Below are positions 35,977-46,423 of a DNA stretch of 64,000 bases, piece by piece. The translations under genes and the position numbers were made by a program. The stretch spans positions 4,265 to 68,264 of the forward strand of contig JAYQSP010000009.1 of assembly GCA_038146925.1 (NCBI GenBank), read 5' to 3'. The notes below the pieces were generated by a model. It was not told where the DNA came from. It saw nothing but the letters and a program-made list of their open reading frames with translations, and ran no database searches. The first letter of the stretch is position 1; every line of letters begins with the position of its first letter. Origin of the DNA: Alphaproteobacteria bacterium. GTDB taxonomy: Bacteria > Pseudomonadota > Alphaproteobacteria > MPNO01 > UBA830.

Positions 35977-37200
35977 TTGTCCAAAGCCGGCCGCGATATC
36001 GGCAACGTCGCCGTCCTCAGCACCTGTCAGATGCTGTTCGGAACCGGCCGCGGCCTGTTCATGGTAACAGCGCCCGCCGTCGCCCTGCTGCCGGGGTTCG
36101 CGCCGCATCTTGCCCTTGCCACCCTGCCGGCGGCAACCGTGGTCATCGGGACCGCGCTGTCAGCCTGGATCGCCTCGATGATCACGCGGAGAACAGGCCG
36201 CCGGGTCGGGTTTCTGATCGGCACGGCGCTGGCGACGATGAGCGGCGTCCTGTGTTTCGCTGCCGTGATTCACATGAATTTCTGGCTGCTGGCGCTGGGT
36301 GGGCTGGTCTTCGGGTTTTTCGCCGGTTTCGCGCAGCTTTACCGGTTCGCCGCCGCCGACGGTATCTCTGAAAAATATCGCAGCGTCGCCATTTCACTGG
36401 TGCTCGCGGGCGGGGTATTTGCAGGCTTTGCCGGGGCGGGGCTCGCCGTGTGGGGCGAAGACATGGTTCCCGCCGACTGGTACAGCGGCGATGTCCGGAA
36501 ATTCGGTGGCACGTTCCTGTTTCTGGTGGGAACCGCTCTGGTCGCGGCCCTGGCGCTGATATTCCTCCGCATTCCCAACCTGACCAAGGCACAGATGGAA
36601 GGGCCGCAGCGGCCCATGTGGGAAATCATGAAACAGCCGGTGTTCATCGCAGCCGCCGTCTCCGCCACGGTGGCCCAAAGCGTGATGAATTTTCTGATGA
36701 CGGCAACGCCGGTTGCCATGATATCGATCTGTGGCCACAGTTTCGGCGCTACCGCCAATGTCATCGCCTGGCACACTTTTGCAATGTTCGCGCCGGGCGT
36801 TTTCACAGGCCTTCTGATCCGCAAGTTCGGCGAAGTCACGATCATCATGGTCGGCCTGCTGCTGGAGGCCGCCTGTATCGGCATCGCGCTGTCCGGCATC
36901 GAGGTATTCGATTTCTGGCTCTCGATGTTCCTGCTGGGGGTGGGCTGGAACTTCACGTTCACCGCCGCCACCAGTCTGATGACGACCGCGTATACCCCGG
37001 CGGAACGTGCCAAAACCCAGGGCATGATGAACCAGATCATCTATACCGTCGTCGCCTGCGGCGCGCTGTCCTCCGGCGCGTTCATCCATTTCTTCGGCTG
37101 GAACTGGGTGAATATCGGCGCCATGCCCCTGCTGGTCATCGCTGCCGCAGTAACCTTCTGGTACGTCATGGGCCAGAAAAAGGCAGCAGCCGCGGCATAG
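35977..37200 (+). CDS. MFS transporter
   Basis: RRTGRRVGFLIG, QLYRFAAAD, AISLVLAGG..A, M.APG.FTG.LI.KFG, LLGVGWNF. Confidence 0.9.
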   Translation: MSKAGRDIGNVAVLSTCQMLFGTGRGLFMVTAPAVALLPGFAPHLALATLPAATVVIGTALSAWIASMITRRTGRRVGFLIGTALATMSGVLCFAAVIHMNFWLLALGGLVFGFFAGFAQLYRFAAADGISEKYRSVAISLVLAGGVFAGFAGAGLAVWGEDMVPADWYSGDVRKFGGTFLFLVGTALVAALALIFLRIPNLTKAQMEGPQRPMWEIMKQPVFIAAAVSATVAQSVMNFLMTATPVAMISICGHSFGATANVIAWHTFAMFAPGVFTGLLIRKFGEVTIIMVGLLLEAACIGIALSGIEVFDFWLSMFLLGVGWNFTFTAATSLMTTAYTPAERAKTQGMMNQIIYTVVACGALSSGAFIHFFGWNWVNIGAMPLLVIAAAVTFWYVMGQKKAAAAA

Positions 37201-37299
37201 TCTCCGCCAGCGCGGCTCTTGCGTCTCCTCCAAAAATAGGAGACCCTTGTTTTAAGAACCAAACAGACGACAAGTCCATTCGTAATAGGGAGTTCCAAT

Positions 37300-38295
37300 A
37301 TGAAAAAATTCGCACTTTCCGCCATTGCTGCCGTCGCACTCGGCGGCATCCTGGCGATACCGGTTGCGCAGGCCGCCGAAGTCCAGCTCAAGGGTATCTC
37401 CGCCTGGCCGAAGAACTTTCCGCTGACGGGCGATTTCCTCCGTTTTATCGAGGAAGCCAACAAGCGCGGCAAAGGCCATTTCAAGATTCGCCATATCGGC
37501 GGGCCTGAAATCTCCAAGGCCCCCGCGCAGTCCAAGGGCTTCAAGTCGGGTCTGTACGACCTGATGTACACCGCCGCCAGTTACCATCGCGGGGTTGTCC
37601 CGGAAGTCGATGCCCTGTCGGCAACCCAGGTCCGCCCCTGGGACGCGCGGAAATCGGGCGCGATGGCGGCGCTCGACGCGGCAATCACCAAACGGATCGA
37701 CGGCATTCTCCTGTCGCAGACGGCGACCAGCGTTTCCTTCATTCTCTATCTCAGCAAGGAACCGAAGATCAACGCCGACGGGATGGTCTCGCTCGAGGGC
37801 TTCAAGATGCGCTCCGTGCCCGTTTACGATGCCTTCCTGAAGGCGCTGGGCGCGACCACCGTCACCGTGCAGGTGCCGGAACTGTACAACGCCCTGGAAC
37901 GCGGACTGGTGAACGGCTTCGCATTCCCGGAAATGTGGACGCGCGGGCTAAGCTGGGCAAAGTTCATCAAATACCGGGTGTATCCGAATTTCTATCAGCT
38001 CGAACCTTCGGTGTTCATGTCGAACAAGGCGCTGAAAAAACTCAGCCCGGAAGGCCGGAAGATCATCCGGGAAGTCGGCATGGAATGGGAAAAGAAATCG
38101 GCCGAATACTGGGGGCCTCTGGTGGCCAAGGAACGCGAAATCCTGGCCAAGGAATTCGGCCAGAAGGAAATCACCCTGTCGCCGGAAGCGGGCAAGAAAT
38201 ACCGTGCCCTTGCGAACGAGGTGCCGATCGCACGGTTGAAAGCCGTCGGCACGCCCGAAGCAGCGACGCTTAGCAAGCTTTATCACGGACAATAA
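37300..38295 (+). CDS. dctP: TRAP transporter substrate-binding protein DctP
   Basis: Signal peptide; L.G.KMRS.P, ALGAT.V......LY.ALERG.V.G; followed by dctQM. Confidence 0.9.
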   Translation: MKKFALSAIAAVALGGILAIPVAQAAEVQLKGISAWPKNFPLTGDFLRFIEEANKRGKGHFKIRHIGGPEISKAPAQSKGFKSGLYDLMYTAASYHRGVVPEVDALSATQVRPWDARKSGAMAALDAAITKRIDGILLSQTATSVSFILYLSKEPKINADGMVSLEGFKMRSVPVYDAFLKALGATTVTVQVPELYNALERGLVNGFAFPEMWTRGLSWAKFIKYRVYPNFYQLEPSVFMSNKALKKLSPEGRKIIREVGMEWEKKSAEYWGPLVAKEREILAKEFGQKEITLSPEAGKKYRALANEVPIARLKAVGTPEAATLSKLYHGQ

Positions 38296-38312
38296 GGCAC
38301 GGACTGACGCGA

Positions 38313-38352
38313 ACGCTCCGGTTCCGGACCAGACGGTGCGGAACCGGAGCGT
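38313..38352 (+). other. Intercistronic stem-loop between dctP and dctQ
   Basis: ACGCTCCGGTTCCG-N12-CGGAACCGGAGCGT perfect 14-bp stem; typical mRNA-stabilising element after binding-protein genes. Confidence 0.7.
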
Positions 38353-38373
38353 CGTTTTGCGACTGGGCGAGGC

Positions 38374-38886
38374 ATGGCATTTATCTGGAAAGCCTATAAC
38401 GGGCTGATCATCGGGCTGGCCATTGTGGGCGGGCTGATGCTTGCGCTTATTTTCGTGGGCATCGTTGCGGACGTGACGATGCGCACCCTGGGTTTCAACT
38501 CGATACAATGGTACAGCGCCATTGCCGAATACTGTCTGCTGTTCTCGACCATGTTCGGCGCGCCGTGGCTCGTTCGACTGAAAGGGCACGTGGTCGTCGA
38601 ATCTCTGACCATGGCACTGCCGGAGCTGATGAGAAAGCTGATGGCAAAACTGGTCTACCTTCTCTGCATCCTGCTATCGCTCCTTTTCGTTTATTTCGGC
38701 TGGATCGAAATGGTTGGCGCCATCAGTTCCGGCGAGCTCGACCTCCGGTCGATCGACATGCCGAAATGGATCCTCTTCGTGCCGTTCCCTCTCGGATTTT
38801 CGCTGGTGGCAATTGAGTTCGGCCGCTACCTACTGGGCTTCGATTCATACTATTCCGGCAAGGTCGGTTCCGGGGAGTCGCTCTGA
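38374..38886 (+). CDS. dctQ: TRAP transporter small permease DctQ
   Basis: 4 TM segments; E..LL..TMFGAPW.....GHV.VE, P.W......P.G. Confidence 0.9.
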   Translation: MAFIWKAYNGLIIGLAIVGGLMLALIFVGIVADVTMRTLGFNSIQWYSAIAEYCLLFSTMFGAPWLVRLKGHVVVESLTMALPELMRKLMAKLVYLLCILLSLLFVYFGWIEMVGAISSGELDLRSIDMPKWILFVPFPLGFSLVAIEFGRYLLGFDSYYSGKVGSGESL

Positions 38887-40232
38887 TGGAAATCCTCACC
38901 GAGTGGTATTCGGTTGCCGGGTTCCTCGTCGGCATGGTCATCGGGTTGATGCTGCTGGGAATCCCCGTCGCTTTCGCCTTTCTGGCCGCGAATATTATCG
39001 GCGCCATCGTCTTCATGGGTGACGGCACGATCATGGGGGGGCTGGCGGCAATGCCGCAGATCGTCGTCAACGCCGTCGAGGCGGTGACGATCTTCGCCCT
39101 GATCCCTGTGCCGCTGTTTATAATCATGGGCGAACTGTTTTTTCATACCGGCCTAGCCGTTCGCGTGTTCGACACGCTTGAACTCTGCTTCGGTCGCCTG
39201 CCCGGGCGGCTGTCCTACATTACCGTCGCCGGCGGCACGATCTTCGCGACCCTGTCGGGATCCACTATGGCGAATACCGCGATGATGGGATCCCTGATGG
39301 TTCCGGAAATGACACGGCGCGGGTACAAGGGCCACATGTCGATGGGGCCGATACTCGGCACGGGCGGGCTGGCGATGATCATTCCGCCCTCGGCGCTCGC
39401 CGTGCTGCTGGCCAGCCTTGCCGAAATCGATATCGGCAAGCTGCTGATCGCGGGCGTTCTGCCCGGTCTTGTTCTCGCCGTTCTGTACTCGATCCTGATC
39501 TACGTACAGGTCAAGATCGACCCGGAAGCCGCGCCCGAATACCAGGTGGAGTCCCATACTTTCGGCCAGGTGATGAAATCGGTGGTCGTGAACGTCCTGC
39601 CGATGAGCCTTGTCGTTTTCTGCGTCATCGGACTGATCATCCTGGGTGTCGCAACGCCGACCGAGGCTGCCGGTTTCGGTGCCCTGGGTGTCGTTGTTCT
39701 TGCCCTGGTATACCGGGTTCTTACGTGGGACATCCTGGTAAAATCGTTCTCGGGATCGCTGCGCGTCACCGCGATGGTGCTGCTGATCATCCTGGCGTCA
39801 TCGACCTTCAGCCAGTTGCTCGCCTTTACCGGTGCCAGCGCCGGGCTCATCGAATGGGCCACGCAGGTGGAACTGGCGCCGCTCGTCATGCTTCTGATCA
39901 TGTTCGCGGTGCTGCTGGTCCTCGGCATGTTCATGGATCAGGTGTCGATGATGCTGCTGACAGTGCCGATTTTCTTCCCGCTGGCGACGACGTTGCAGTT
40001 CGACCTGATCTGGTTCGGGCTCGTCATGCTTCTGGCGCTGGAAATCAGCCTGACCACCCCTCCGTTCGGACTGCTGCTGTTCGTCATGATGGGCGTCGCG
40101 CCGCAGGGCACGACGCTGTGGCAGGTCGCCAAGGCGGCCGCGCCCTATATCGGCTGCGCGCTGGTCGTTCTCGTGCTGCTGATAATCTTCCCCGAGCTCG
40201 GAACCTATCTGCCGAGCCTGATGGAGAAATAG
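38886..40232 (+). CDS. dctM: TRAP transporter large permease DctM
   Basis: P.PLFIIMGE, FATLSGST.A, GGLAMIIPPS, PTEAA, TPPFGL.LFV; TGATG coupling. Confidence 0.95.
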   Translation: MEILTEWYSVAGFLVGMVIGLMLLGIPVAFAFLAANIIGAIVFMGDGTIMGGLAAMPQIVVNAVEAVTIFALIPVPLFIIMGELFFHTGLAVRVFDTLELCFGRLPGRLSYITVAGGTIFATLSGSTMANTAMMGSLMVPEMTRRGYKGHMSMGPILGTGGLAMIIPPSALAVLLASLAEIDIGKLLIAGVLPGLVLAVLYSILIYVQVKIDPEAAPEYQVESHTFGQVMKSVVVNVLPMSLVVFCVIGLIILGVATPTEAAGFGALGVVVLALVYRVLTWDILVKSFSGSLRVTAMVLLIILASSTFSQLLAFTGASAGLIEWATQVELAPLVMLLIMFAVLLVLGMFMDQVSMMLLTVPIFFPLATTLQFDLIWFGLVMLLALEISLTTPPFGLLLFVMMGVAPQGTTLWQVAKAAAPYIGCALVVLVLLIIFPELGTYLPSLMEK

Positions 40233-40236
40233 ACAC

Positions 40237-42606
40237 ATGGACGGTTCCGCCCGCGCTCCCGGCGCCGCCGACACCGCGATCGGCGCGTCGCCCGCCCGCC
40301 TGATGGCCCGGCGCGCCGTCGAAGGCAAAGGACGCCATGTCGACGACTTCACACTCTCCCGCACGGTAGAGGTCGCCTATGTGCGCAGCCCCTACGCGCA
40401 CGCCAACATCGGCGAAATAGAAACTTCGGCAGCAGCCGCGGTGCCCGGGGTGATCGCCGTCGTCACGGGGCGCGAGATCGCGGAGCGTATGACGCCGTGG
40501 ACCGGGATCATGGAAAACCAGCCGGCGTTGAAGTCGGTGCCGCAATACGCGCTTGCCGTCGATCGCGCCACCTGGCAGGGAGAACCCGTGGTCGCTGTCG
40601 TCGCCGAGACCCGCGCCATCGCGGAGGACGCGGCAGAACTCGTCGCCGTCGACTGGACGGAAAAAACCGCCATAGCCGACATGCTTACCGCCCTCGACCC
40701 CGAAACGCCGGTGCTGCATCCGGAACTGGGCGACAACAAGATGTACGAACGCGTTGCCGAAAAGGGCGACGTCGGCGCCGGATTCGCCGCCGCCGCGCAT
40801 GTCGTCGAAGGCACGTTCGATTTCGGCCGCCACACCGGCGTGACGCTGGAACCGCGCGTCATGACGTCGTCCTGGGATTCGTCGGAAAAGCAGCTGACAG
40901 TTTATTACGGCGGCCAGGCCGTTCACATGATCCAGGTCCTGTTTTCGAAGCACCTGGGCATCCCGGAACGCGACATTCGCGTCATCGCGCAGGACTGCGG
41001 CGGCTCCTACGGCATTAAGAGCCATTTGTACGGCGACGAATTCGCCACCGCCGTGCTGTCGATCATGCTGGACCGGCCGGTGCGCTACCGCGCCGACCGG
41101 ATGGAATCCTTCGTCTCCGACATTCACGCCCGCCAGCACCGGCTGACCGGTAAAATGGGCATAGATTCGGAAGGCAGGATCGTCGCCTTCGAATTCGACG
41201 ACATCACCGCCGCCGGCGCCTATTCCGCCTACCCGCGCACCAGCTGCGTCGAGGCCAACCAGGTGCTCAATATCGCGGGCGGGCCCTACAACATCGAAAA
41301 TTTCCGGGCCAGGACGACGGTGGTTTTCCAGAACATGGTACCGACATCGCAATACCGCGCCGTCGGCCATCCGATGGGCATCGTTATCTGCGACAGCCTG
41401 CTCGACAAGGCCGCCGTCGCCGCCGGGATAGACCGGATGGAGATCCGCCGGCGCAATCTGATTTCCGACGAGGCTTATCCGGCCGCCTCGCCGGCCGGCA
41501 TCCCGCTGCACGATCTGTCGCACCAGGCGTGTCTCGAAAAGCTGACCAGGGTGATCGACGTCGACGCGCTGAAGGCGGATCAGACCGCCGCCCGCGAACG
41601 GGGCATACATCGCGGCATCGGCTACGCGTCCTTTATCAAGGGCACCAATCCCGGGGCACTGATCTACGGCCCCGCCAAAGTGCCGATCTCCGCGCAGGAC
41701 GGCACCACGGTACGGCTGGAGCCGGCAGGCGGCGTCACCGTACTGACCGGCGTCACCGAACAGGGCCAGGGCACAGAAACCGCGCTGGCGCAGGTCGTCG
41801 CAGCCGCAATCGGTCTCAGGTTCGAAGACGTGCGTGTCATCACCGGCGACACCAACGCCGTGCCGTATGGCGGCGGCACGTACGGCTCGCGCGGCGCCGG
41901 AATCGGCGGCGAAGCGTCGTGGAAAGCCGGCCAGACCTTGCGCAGCCAGATTCTCGAACTCGCAGCCGTCCTGCTGCAGACCGATGCGGACAGCCTCGAC
42001 ATCCGGAACAGCGTCGTGGTCGATGCCGACGGCGGTGGCGAACGCATCACGCTGGAAGAGCTTGGCAACATCGCATTCCTGCGGTCCTACGAACTGCCCG
42101 ACGATTATCACCCTGTGCTGGTCGCGACCGAACGCTTCCGGGTGCGCGACTACATCTTCACCAATGCCGCACACGCCGCCTATGTTGAGGTCGATCCCGA
42201 CACCGGCATCGTAAAGGTGCTGAATTACTGGGTGGTGGAAGATTGCGGCCGGGTCATCAATCCGCAACTGGTCGCCGAACAGCAGCGCGGGTCGGTCGTA
42301 CACGGTCTCGGCGACGCGCTCTATGAACACTGTCTCTACGACCGGGACGGCCAGTTGCAGAATGCCACCATGGCGGATTATCTGGTGCCGATGTCGGGCG
42401 AATCCCCCGATATCGTGATCGAACACGTCTCCACACCCACGTCTAAAACCACGCTGGGCGCGAAGGGCGCGGGGGAAAGCGGCATGGCGGGCGTTCCGCA
42501 ATCCATCCTCAGTGCCGTGAACGATGCGATCCGGCCTTTCGGCGGCGAGGTGTCCGCCGTACCGGTCACGCCGGAAGACGTATTGCGGGCAACAGGCCGT
42601 CTATAG
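40237..42606 (+). CDS. Xanthine dehydrogenase family molybdopterin-binding large subunit (no adjacent small or medium subunit)
   Basis: RSPYAHA.I, GGSYGIK, QYRAVGHP, EQGQG..T, GG.YGSR, EDCG..INP, GAKGAGESG. Confidence 0.93.
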   Translation: MDGSARAPGAADTAIGASPARLMARRAVEGKGRHVDDFTLSRTVEVAYVRSPYAHANIGEIETSAAAAVPGVIAVVTGREIAERMTPWTGIMENQPALKSVPQYALAVDRATWQGEPVVAVVAETRAIAEDAAELVAVDWTEKTAIADMLTALDPETPVLHPELGDNKMYERVAEKGDVGAGFAAAAHVVEGTFDFGRHTGVTLEPRVMTSSWDSSEKQLTVYYGGQAVHMIQVLFSKHLGIPERDIRVIAQDCGGSYGIKSHLYGDEFATAVLSIMLDRPVRYRADRMESFVSDIHARQHRLTGKMGIDSEGRIVAFEFDDITAAGAYSAYPRTSCVEANQVLNIAGGPYNIENFRARTTVVFQNMVPTSQYRAVGHPMGIVICDSLLDKAAVAAGIDRMEIRRRNLISDEAYPAASPAGIPLHDLSHQACLEKLTRVIDVDALKADQTAARERGIHRGIGYASFIKGTNPGALIYGPAKVPISAQDGTTVRLEPAGGVTVLTGVTEQGQGTETALAQVVAAAIGLRFEDVRVITGDTNAVPYGGGTYGSRGAGIGGEASWKAGQTLRSQILELAAVLLQTDADSLDIRNSVVVDADGGGERITLEELGNIAFLRSYELPDDYHPVLVATERFRVRDYIFTNAAHAAYVEVDPDTGIVKVLNYWVVEDCGRVINPQLVAEQQRGSVVHGLGDALYEHCLYDRDGQLQNATMADYLVPMSGESPDIVIEHVSTPTSKTTLGAKGAGESGMAGVPQSILSAVNDAIRPFGGEVSAVPVTPEDVLRATGRL

Positions 42607-42682
42607 GCCCGGGCGGAAACCTGATCCGATAGATCCACCAACGCGTTTCAGAGAATACGGTGCTTCAACGAGGCGTCAGGCG

Positions 42683-43828
42683 ATGACCGAGCCCACTGCC
42701 GGTTTCTATACGGAAATACCCGTTTTCAGGGATTTTTCGCAGGTGATCGACGACAGCGTCTATCGCCCGATGCCGGATGACTGGTTCATCGGCCTTACCG
42801 ACGTGATCGGATCGACCAGAGCCATCGAGAACGGCCAGTACAAGGCCGTCAACATGGCCGGCGCCGCGGCGATCTCCGTCGTCATGAACGCGCTCGGGCA
42901 CCGGGAATTTCCGTTCGTGTTCGGCGGCGACGGCGTCAGTTTCGCGGTGCCGCCGAAAGCCCGCGACATCGCCGCCGACGCGCTGGCGCGCACCGCTCGC
43001 TGGGTGGAAGAAGAGATCGATCTGTCCCTGCGCGCCGCGATGGTGCCGGTCAGCGATATCCGCGCCTCCGGAAACGACGTTCTGGTCGCTCGCTACGGTG
43101 CGTCGCCCGCCGTCGCCTATGCGATGTTTTCCGGCCACGGCGTCGAATGGGCGGAAACCGAGATGAAGCGGGACCGGTTCGCCGTCGATCCGGCGCCGCC
43201 CGGCGCTCGCCCCGACCTGACCGGCCTGTCCTGCCGATGGAAACCCATCGAATCCAACCGGTGATGCATCCTGTCGATGATCGTCGGCCCCGCGGACGGC
43301 GTGACGGGGGAGGCCTATGACGCGGTTGTCGCCTCTCTGATCGAGCTGATGGAAGGCGCCGGTCGCGGCGGTCACCCCATTCCCGGACAGGGCCCCGATT
43401 TCGGCTGGCCCCCGAAGGGCCTCGATATCGAGTCCAAGGCAGTTGCGGAAAAGAAGGACCGGGGCAAGAAAAAGAGAGAGTTGCTCATTCTCTGTTTGAT
43501 CGGTTGGATTCTGTTCAAAACCGGCTGGAAGACGAAAAATTTCGATCCCGCGCACTACCGGAAGACCACCGGGCTGAATACCGATTTCCGCAAATTCGAC
43601 GATGTGCTGCGGATGACCGTCGACTGCGATCCGGCAACACTTGCATCGGTTAAAGGCATCCTGGAACGGGCCGACGCCGACGGGATCGTCCGCTACGGCC
43701 TGTACGAGCAGGACGCCGCGATCATGACCTGCATCGTGCCGTCGATCGAAACCGACGATCACCTGCATTTTCTCGACGGCGCCAATGGCGGTTACGCGCT
43801 CGCTGCCAAGATGATGAAGGCGGGGTAA
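42683..43828 (+). pseudogene. DUF3095 family protein interrupted by in-frame TGA
   Basis: P.DW.I.LTDV.GST.AI..GQYK.VNM.GA, FVFGGDG, TGLSCRW, then TGA at 43262-43264 and same-frame continuation to NTDFRKFDD.LRM, H.HFLDGA.GGY..AA. Confidence 0.8.
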
Positions 43829-43879
43829 ATGCAAAATCCGTATCCGCTGACGCAGGGTCAGGAAGATACCGGTCGCCTC

Positions 43880-45115
43880 TCAGTCTGAGTGAAGCTGTTC
43901 CTTGGTCCGCGCCACCCAGACTGCCAGACCGCCGATCAGGCACATGCCGAGCAGACCGATCACATAGAACGAGGCCTCCAGGCCGATCACTTCGGCAAGT
44001 GCGCCCATGCCGATCGGAAACAGCGCCGCGCCGAGCCGGTTGAACGATATGCGCAAGGCCGCGACCCGGCCCTGCAGTGTCGGGGCGACCGCGCGCGATG
44101 CGATGGAGATCATCAAGGGCAGGTTCAGCCCCTGCCCCACGCCCCGCAGGCCAATGGCGAGCGACAGCAGGACCAGACCTTCGAGCATAGGGGTCAGCGC
44201 AACGCCGACGATGGCGAATCCGACCATCGCGAGGAGCAGCCAGTAATCGGCGAAACGACGGGTCAACGGCCCGATGGTCAGCGCAGAGGCGGCCGAGACG
44301 AGATTGCCGAAACCGATCAGGAATCCGATCGTGGTTCCTGAAAGACCGAGTTCCTCGCTCAACCAGACGCCGTAGAAGGACGACTGCACGCCGGAGCCCG
44401 TCTGACGCATGAACGTCGCCATGATCACCAGCGCGACCGCCGACATGCCCAGCAACCGGAGCGTATCCCGGTAATCGGAAGTTTTCACCATCACGCCGGG
44501 GCCTTTCCTGCGACGGTTCTCCGCACCAGCGTCGTCGGTCGGTGTTTCGGGTTTGGGATGACGCGGCAGGAACGATGCCGCCGCCGCTCCGCAGGCGAGC
44601 CAGCCCGTCAGGAACAGAAACCCGCCATAGGGCCCGTAGGTCTCCCACATGAACCCTGCCAGGACCGGCCCGAAGAAACCGCCCGTCCGCGCCGCGGCGG
44701 TCATCCTGCCGGCATAGACCGGCTGGCCTTTCAGAATGGTGCCGACGGCGCTTTGCACGCCGATCCAGTTGGTGGTTTCGGCAAACCCGGTGACGATCTG
44801 CAACAGCATGGCCGCCCAGATGAACGGCAGCACGGGAAACATCCCGGTGCACAATGCGCCGATCATTCCCATCCACATGATCACGGCCCGGGGGCCGAAG
44901 CGATCGAGCAAGGCACCACCATGGATCGACAGCAACACAGGCAGAATCTGGCGGCAGGAAATGATGAACCCGATGACCAGCGGCGAACCGGTCAGTTCCA
45001 GCGCCCAGAGCGGCATCAGTACGTGGATCATGGGAAACACGTTGCCGGTGAAAAACGCCGTGGCGTAGATCGGCGTTTCCAGCCGCACATCGTAGCCGGT
45101 GCCGCGTCCGCTCAT
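43880..45115 (-). CDS. MFS transporter
   Basis: GALLDRFGPR, about 12 TM segments, QGRVAALRISFNR. Confidence 0.88.
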   Translation of the reverse strand: MSGRGTGYDVRLETPIYATAFFTGNVFPMIHVLMPLWALELTGSPLVIGFIISCRQILPVLLSIHGGALLDRFGPRAVIMWMGMIGALCTGMFPVLPFIWAAMLLQIVTGFAETTNWIGVQSAVGTILKGQPVYAGRMTAAARTGGFFGPVLAGFMWETYGPYGGFLFLTGWLACGAAAASFLPRHPKPETPTDDAGAENRRRKGPGVMVKTSDYRDTLRLLGMSAVALVIMATFMRQTGSGVQSSFYGVWLSEELGLSGTTIGFLIGFGNLVSAASALTIGPLTRRFADYWLLLAMVGFAIVGVALTPMLEGLVLLSLAIGLRGVGQGLNLPLMISIASRAVAPTLQGRVAALRISFNRLGAALFPIGMGALAEVIGLEASFYVIGLLGMCLIGGLAVWVARTKEQLHSD

Positions 45116-45149
45116 GAAATGTCCGCGAAGAAAACGTTCATCTGCGATG

Positions 45150-45164
45150 GTTTATCCGATAAAC
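45150..45164. promoter_or_regulatory. Palindromic operator candidate between divergent MFS and CoA-transferase genes
   Basis: GTTTATC-C-GATAAAC. Confidence 0.55.
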
Positions 45165-45198
45165 ATCGGAAACACACATACCGACGCTGGAAATTCAT

Positions 45199-46395
45199 AT
45201 GACCGACAACCGTCAGGGACAGGTTCTGTCCCACATTAAAGTTCTCGACCTCACCCGCGCACGCTCCGGGCCGACCGCCGTGCGCCAGCTTGCCGACTGG
45301 GGCGCCGAGGTGGTGAAGATCGAGACGCCCGGTGCGGACGCCGATGCCGATCTCGGTCAGCGCCACGGCCCGGATTTTCAGAACCTGCACCGCAACAAGC
45401 AGTCGATGACGCTGGATCTGAAATCCGACGAGGGCAAGGAGGTCTTCTACCGCATGGCGAAAGAGGCCGATGTGGTGGTCGAAAACATGCGCCCCGGAGT
45501 GAAGCACCGCCTCAAGGTCGACTACGAAACGCTCAAAGCCATAAACCCCGGCATCGTCTACGCTAGCATCTCCGGCTTCGGGCAGGACGGCCCCTACGCC
45601 GAACGCCCTTGCCTCGACCAGATCGCCCAGGGCATGGGCGGTCACATGATGGTCACCGGCGTGCCCGGCGACGGGCCGATGCGGTCCGGCGCCGCGATCA
45701 GCGACATGACGGCCGGCATTCTGTGCGCCAACGGCATCGCACTGGCGCTGCTGGAACGCGAACGGTCGGGTGAAGGCCAGTGGGTCCAGACGTCCCTGCT
45801 GGAAGCGATGATCTTCCTGCTCGACTTCCAGGCCGCGCGCTGGCTGGTCGATCGCGAAGTGCCGCCGCAGCAGGGCAATCACCATCCGACCATCGCGCCG
45901 ATGGGCGCGTTTCGCACCGAGGACGGATTCATCAATATCGCACCGATGCCCAATCACTGGCCGGCGTTCTGCAGGACAGCGGGGCTGGATACCCTGATCG
46001 ACGATCCGAAATATTCGTCCTTCGATGCCCGCGCGGAGAACCGTGCGGACCTGATCGTGGAAATAGAGAAGGTCACGACGCAGAAACCGTCCGATTTCTG
46101 GATCGAGGCCCTGAACGAAGCGCGGGTGCCCTGCGGCCCGATCTACGCGATGGACCAGGTATTCGCCGATCCGCAGATCGTACACAGCGGGATCGCAAAG
46201 AAAGTCGCCTCGCCGGTGCGCGGCGAGATAGAGATCGTCGGACAGCCCCTGCACCTGACCCGCACGCCGAACCGCCACGATGCGGACGCCGTAACCCCGG
46301 CGCCGGAATACGGCGAGCACACCGTGGATGTGCTGCAGCGATACGGCTATTCGGACGAGGATATCGCGGCACTGAAGGACAGCGGCGCGGTATAG
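45199..46395 (+). CDS. CaiB/BaiF family III CoA-transferase
   Basis: VLDLTRARSGP...LADWGAEVVKIE, RNKQS.TLDLK, ADVVVENMRPG, SISGFGQDGPY, D...G. Confidence 0.95.
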   Translation: MTDNRQGQVLSHIKVLDLTRARSGPTAVRQLADWGAEVVKIETPGADADADLGQRHGPDFQNLHRNKQSMTLDLKSDEGKEVFYRMAKEADVVVENMRPGVKHRLKVDYETLKAINPGIVYASISGFGQDGPYAERPCLDQIAQGMGGHMMVTGVPGDGPMRSGAAISDMTAGILCANGIALALLERERSGEGQWVQTSLLEAMIFLLDFQAARWLVDREVPPQQGNHHPTIAPMGAFRTEDGFINIAPMPNHWPAFCRTAGLDTLIDDPKYSSFDARAENRADLIVEIEKVTTQKPSDFWIEALNEARVPCGPIYAMDQVFADPQIVHSGIAKKVASPVRGEIEIVGQPLHLTRTPNRHDADAVTPAPEYGEHTVDVLQRYGYSDEDIAALKDSGAV

Positions 46396-46423
46396 AAGAG
46401 AGACCGTTTAAAGAGATTCCCGC

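Noticed and set aside
32234-43264. UGA recoding (selenocysteine or UGA=Gly code) to explain two in-frame TGAs
   Set aside because: TGA is the normal stop for many genes here, including TGATG couplings; neither site is a Cys position and I see no SECIS-like hairpin
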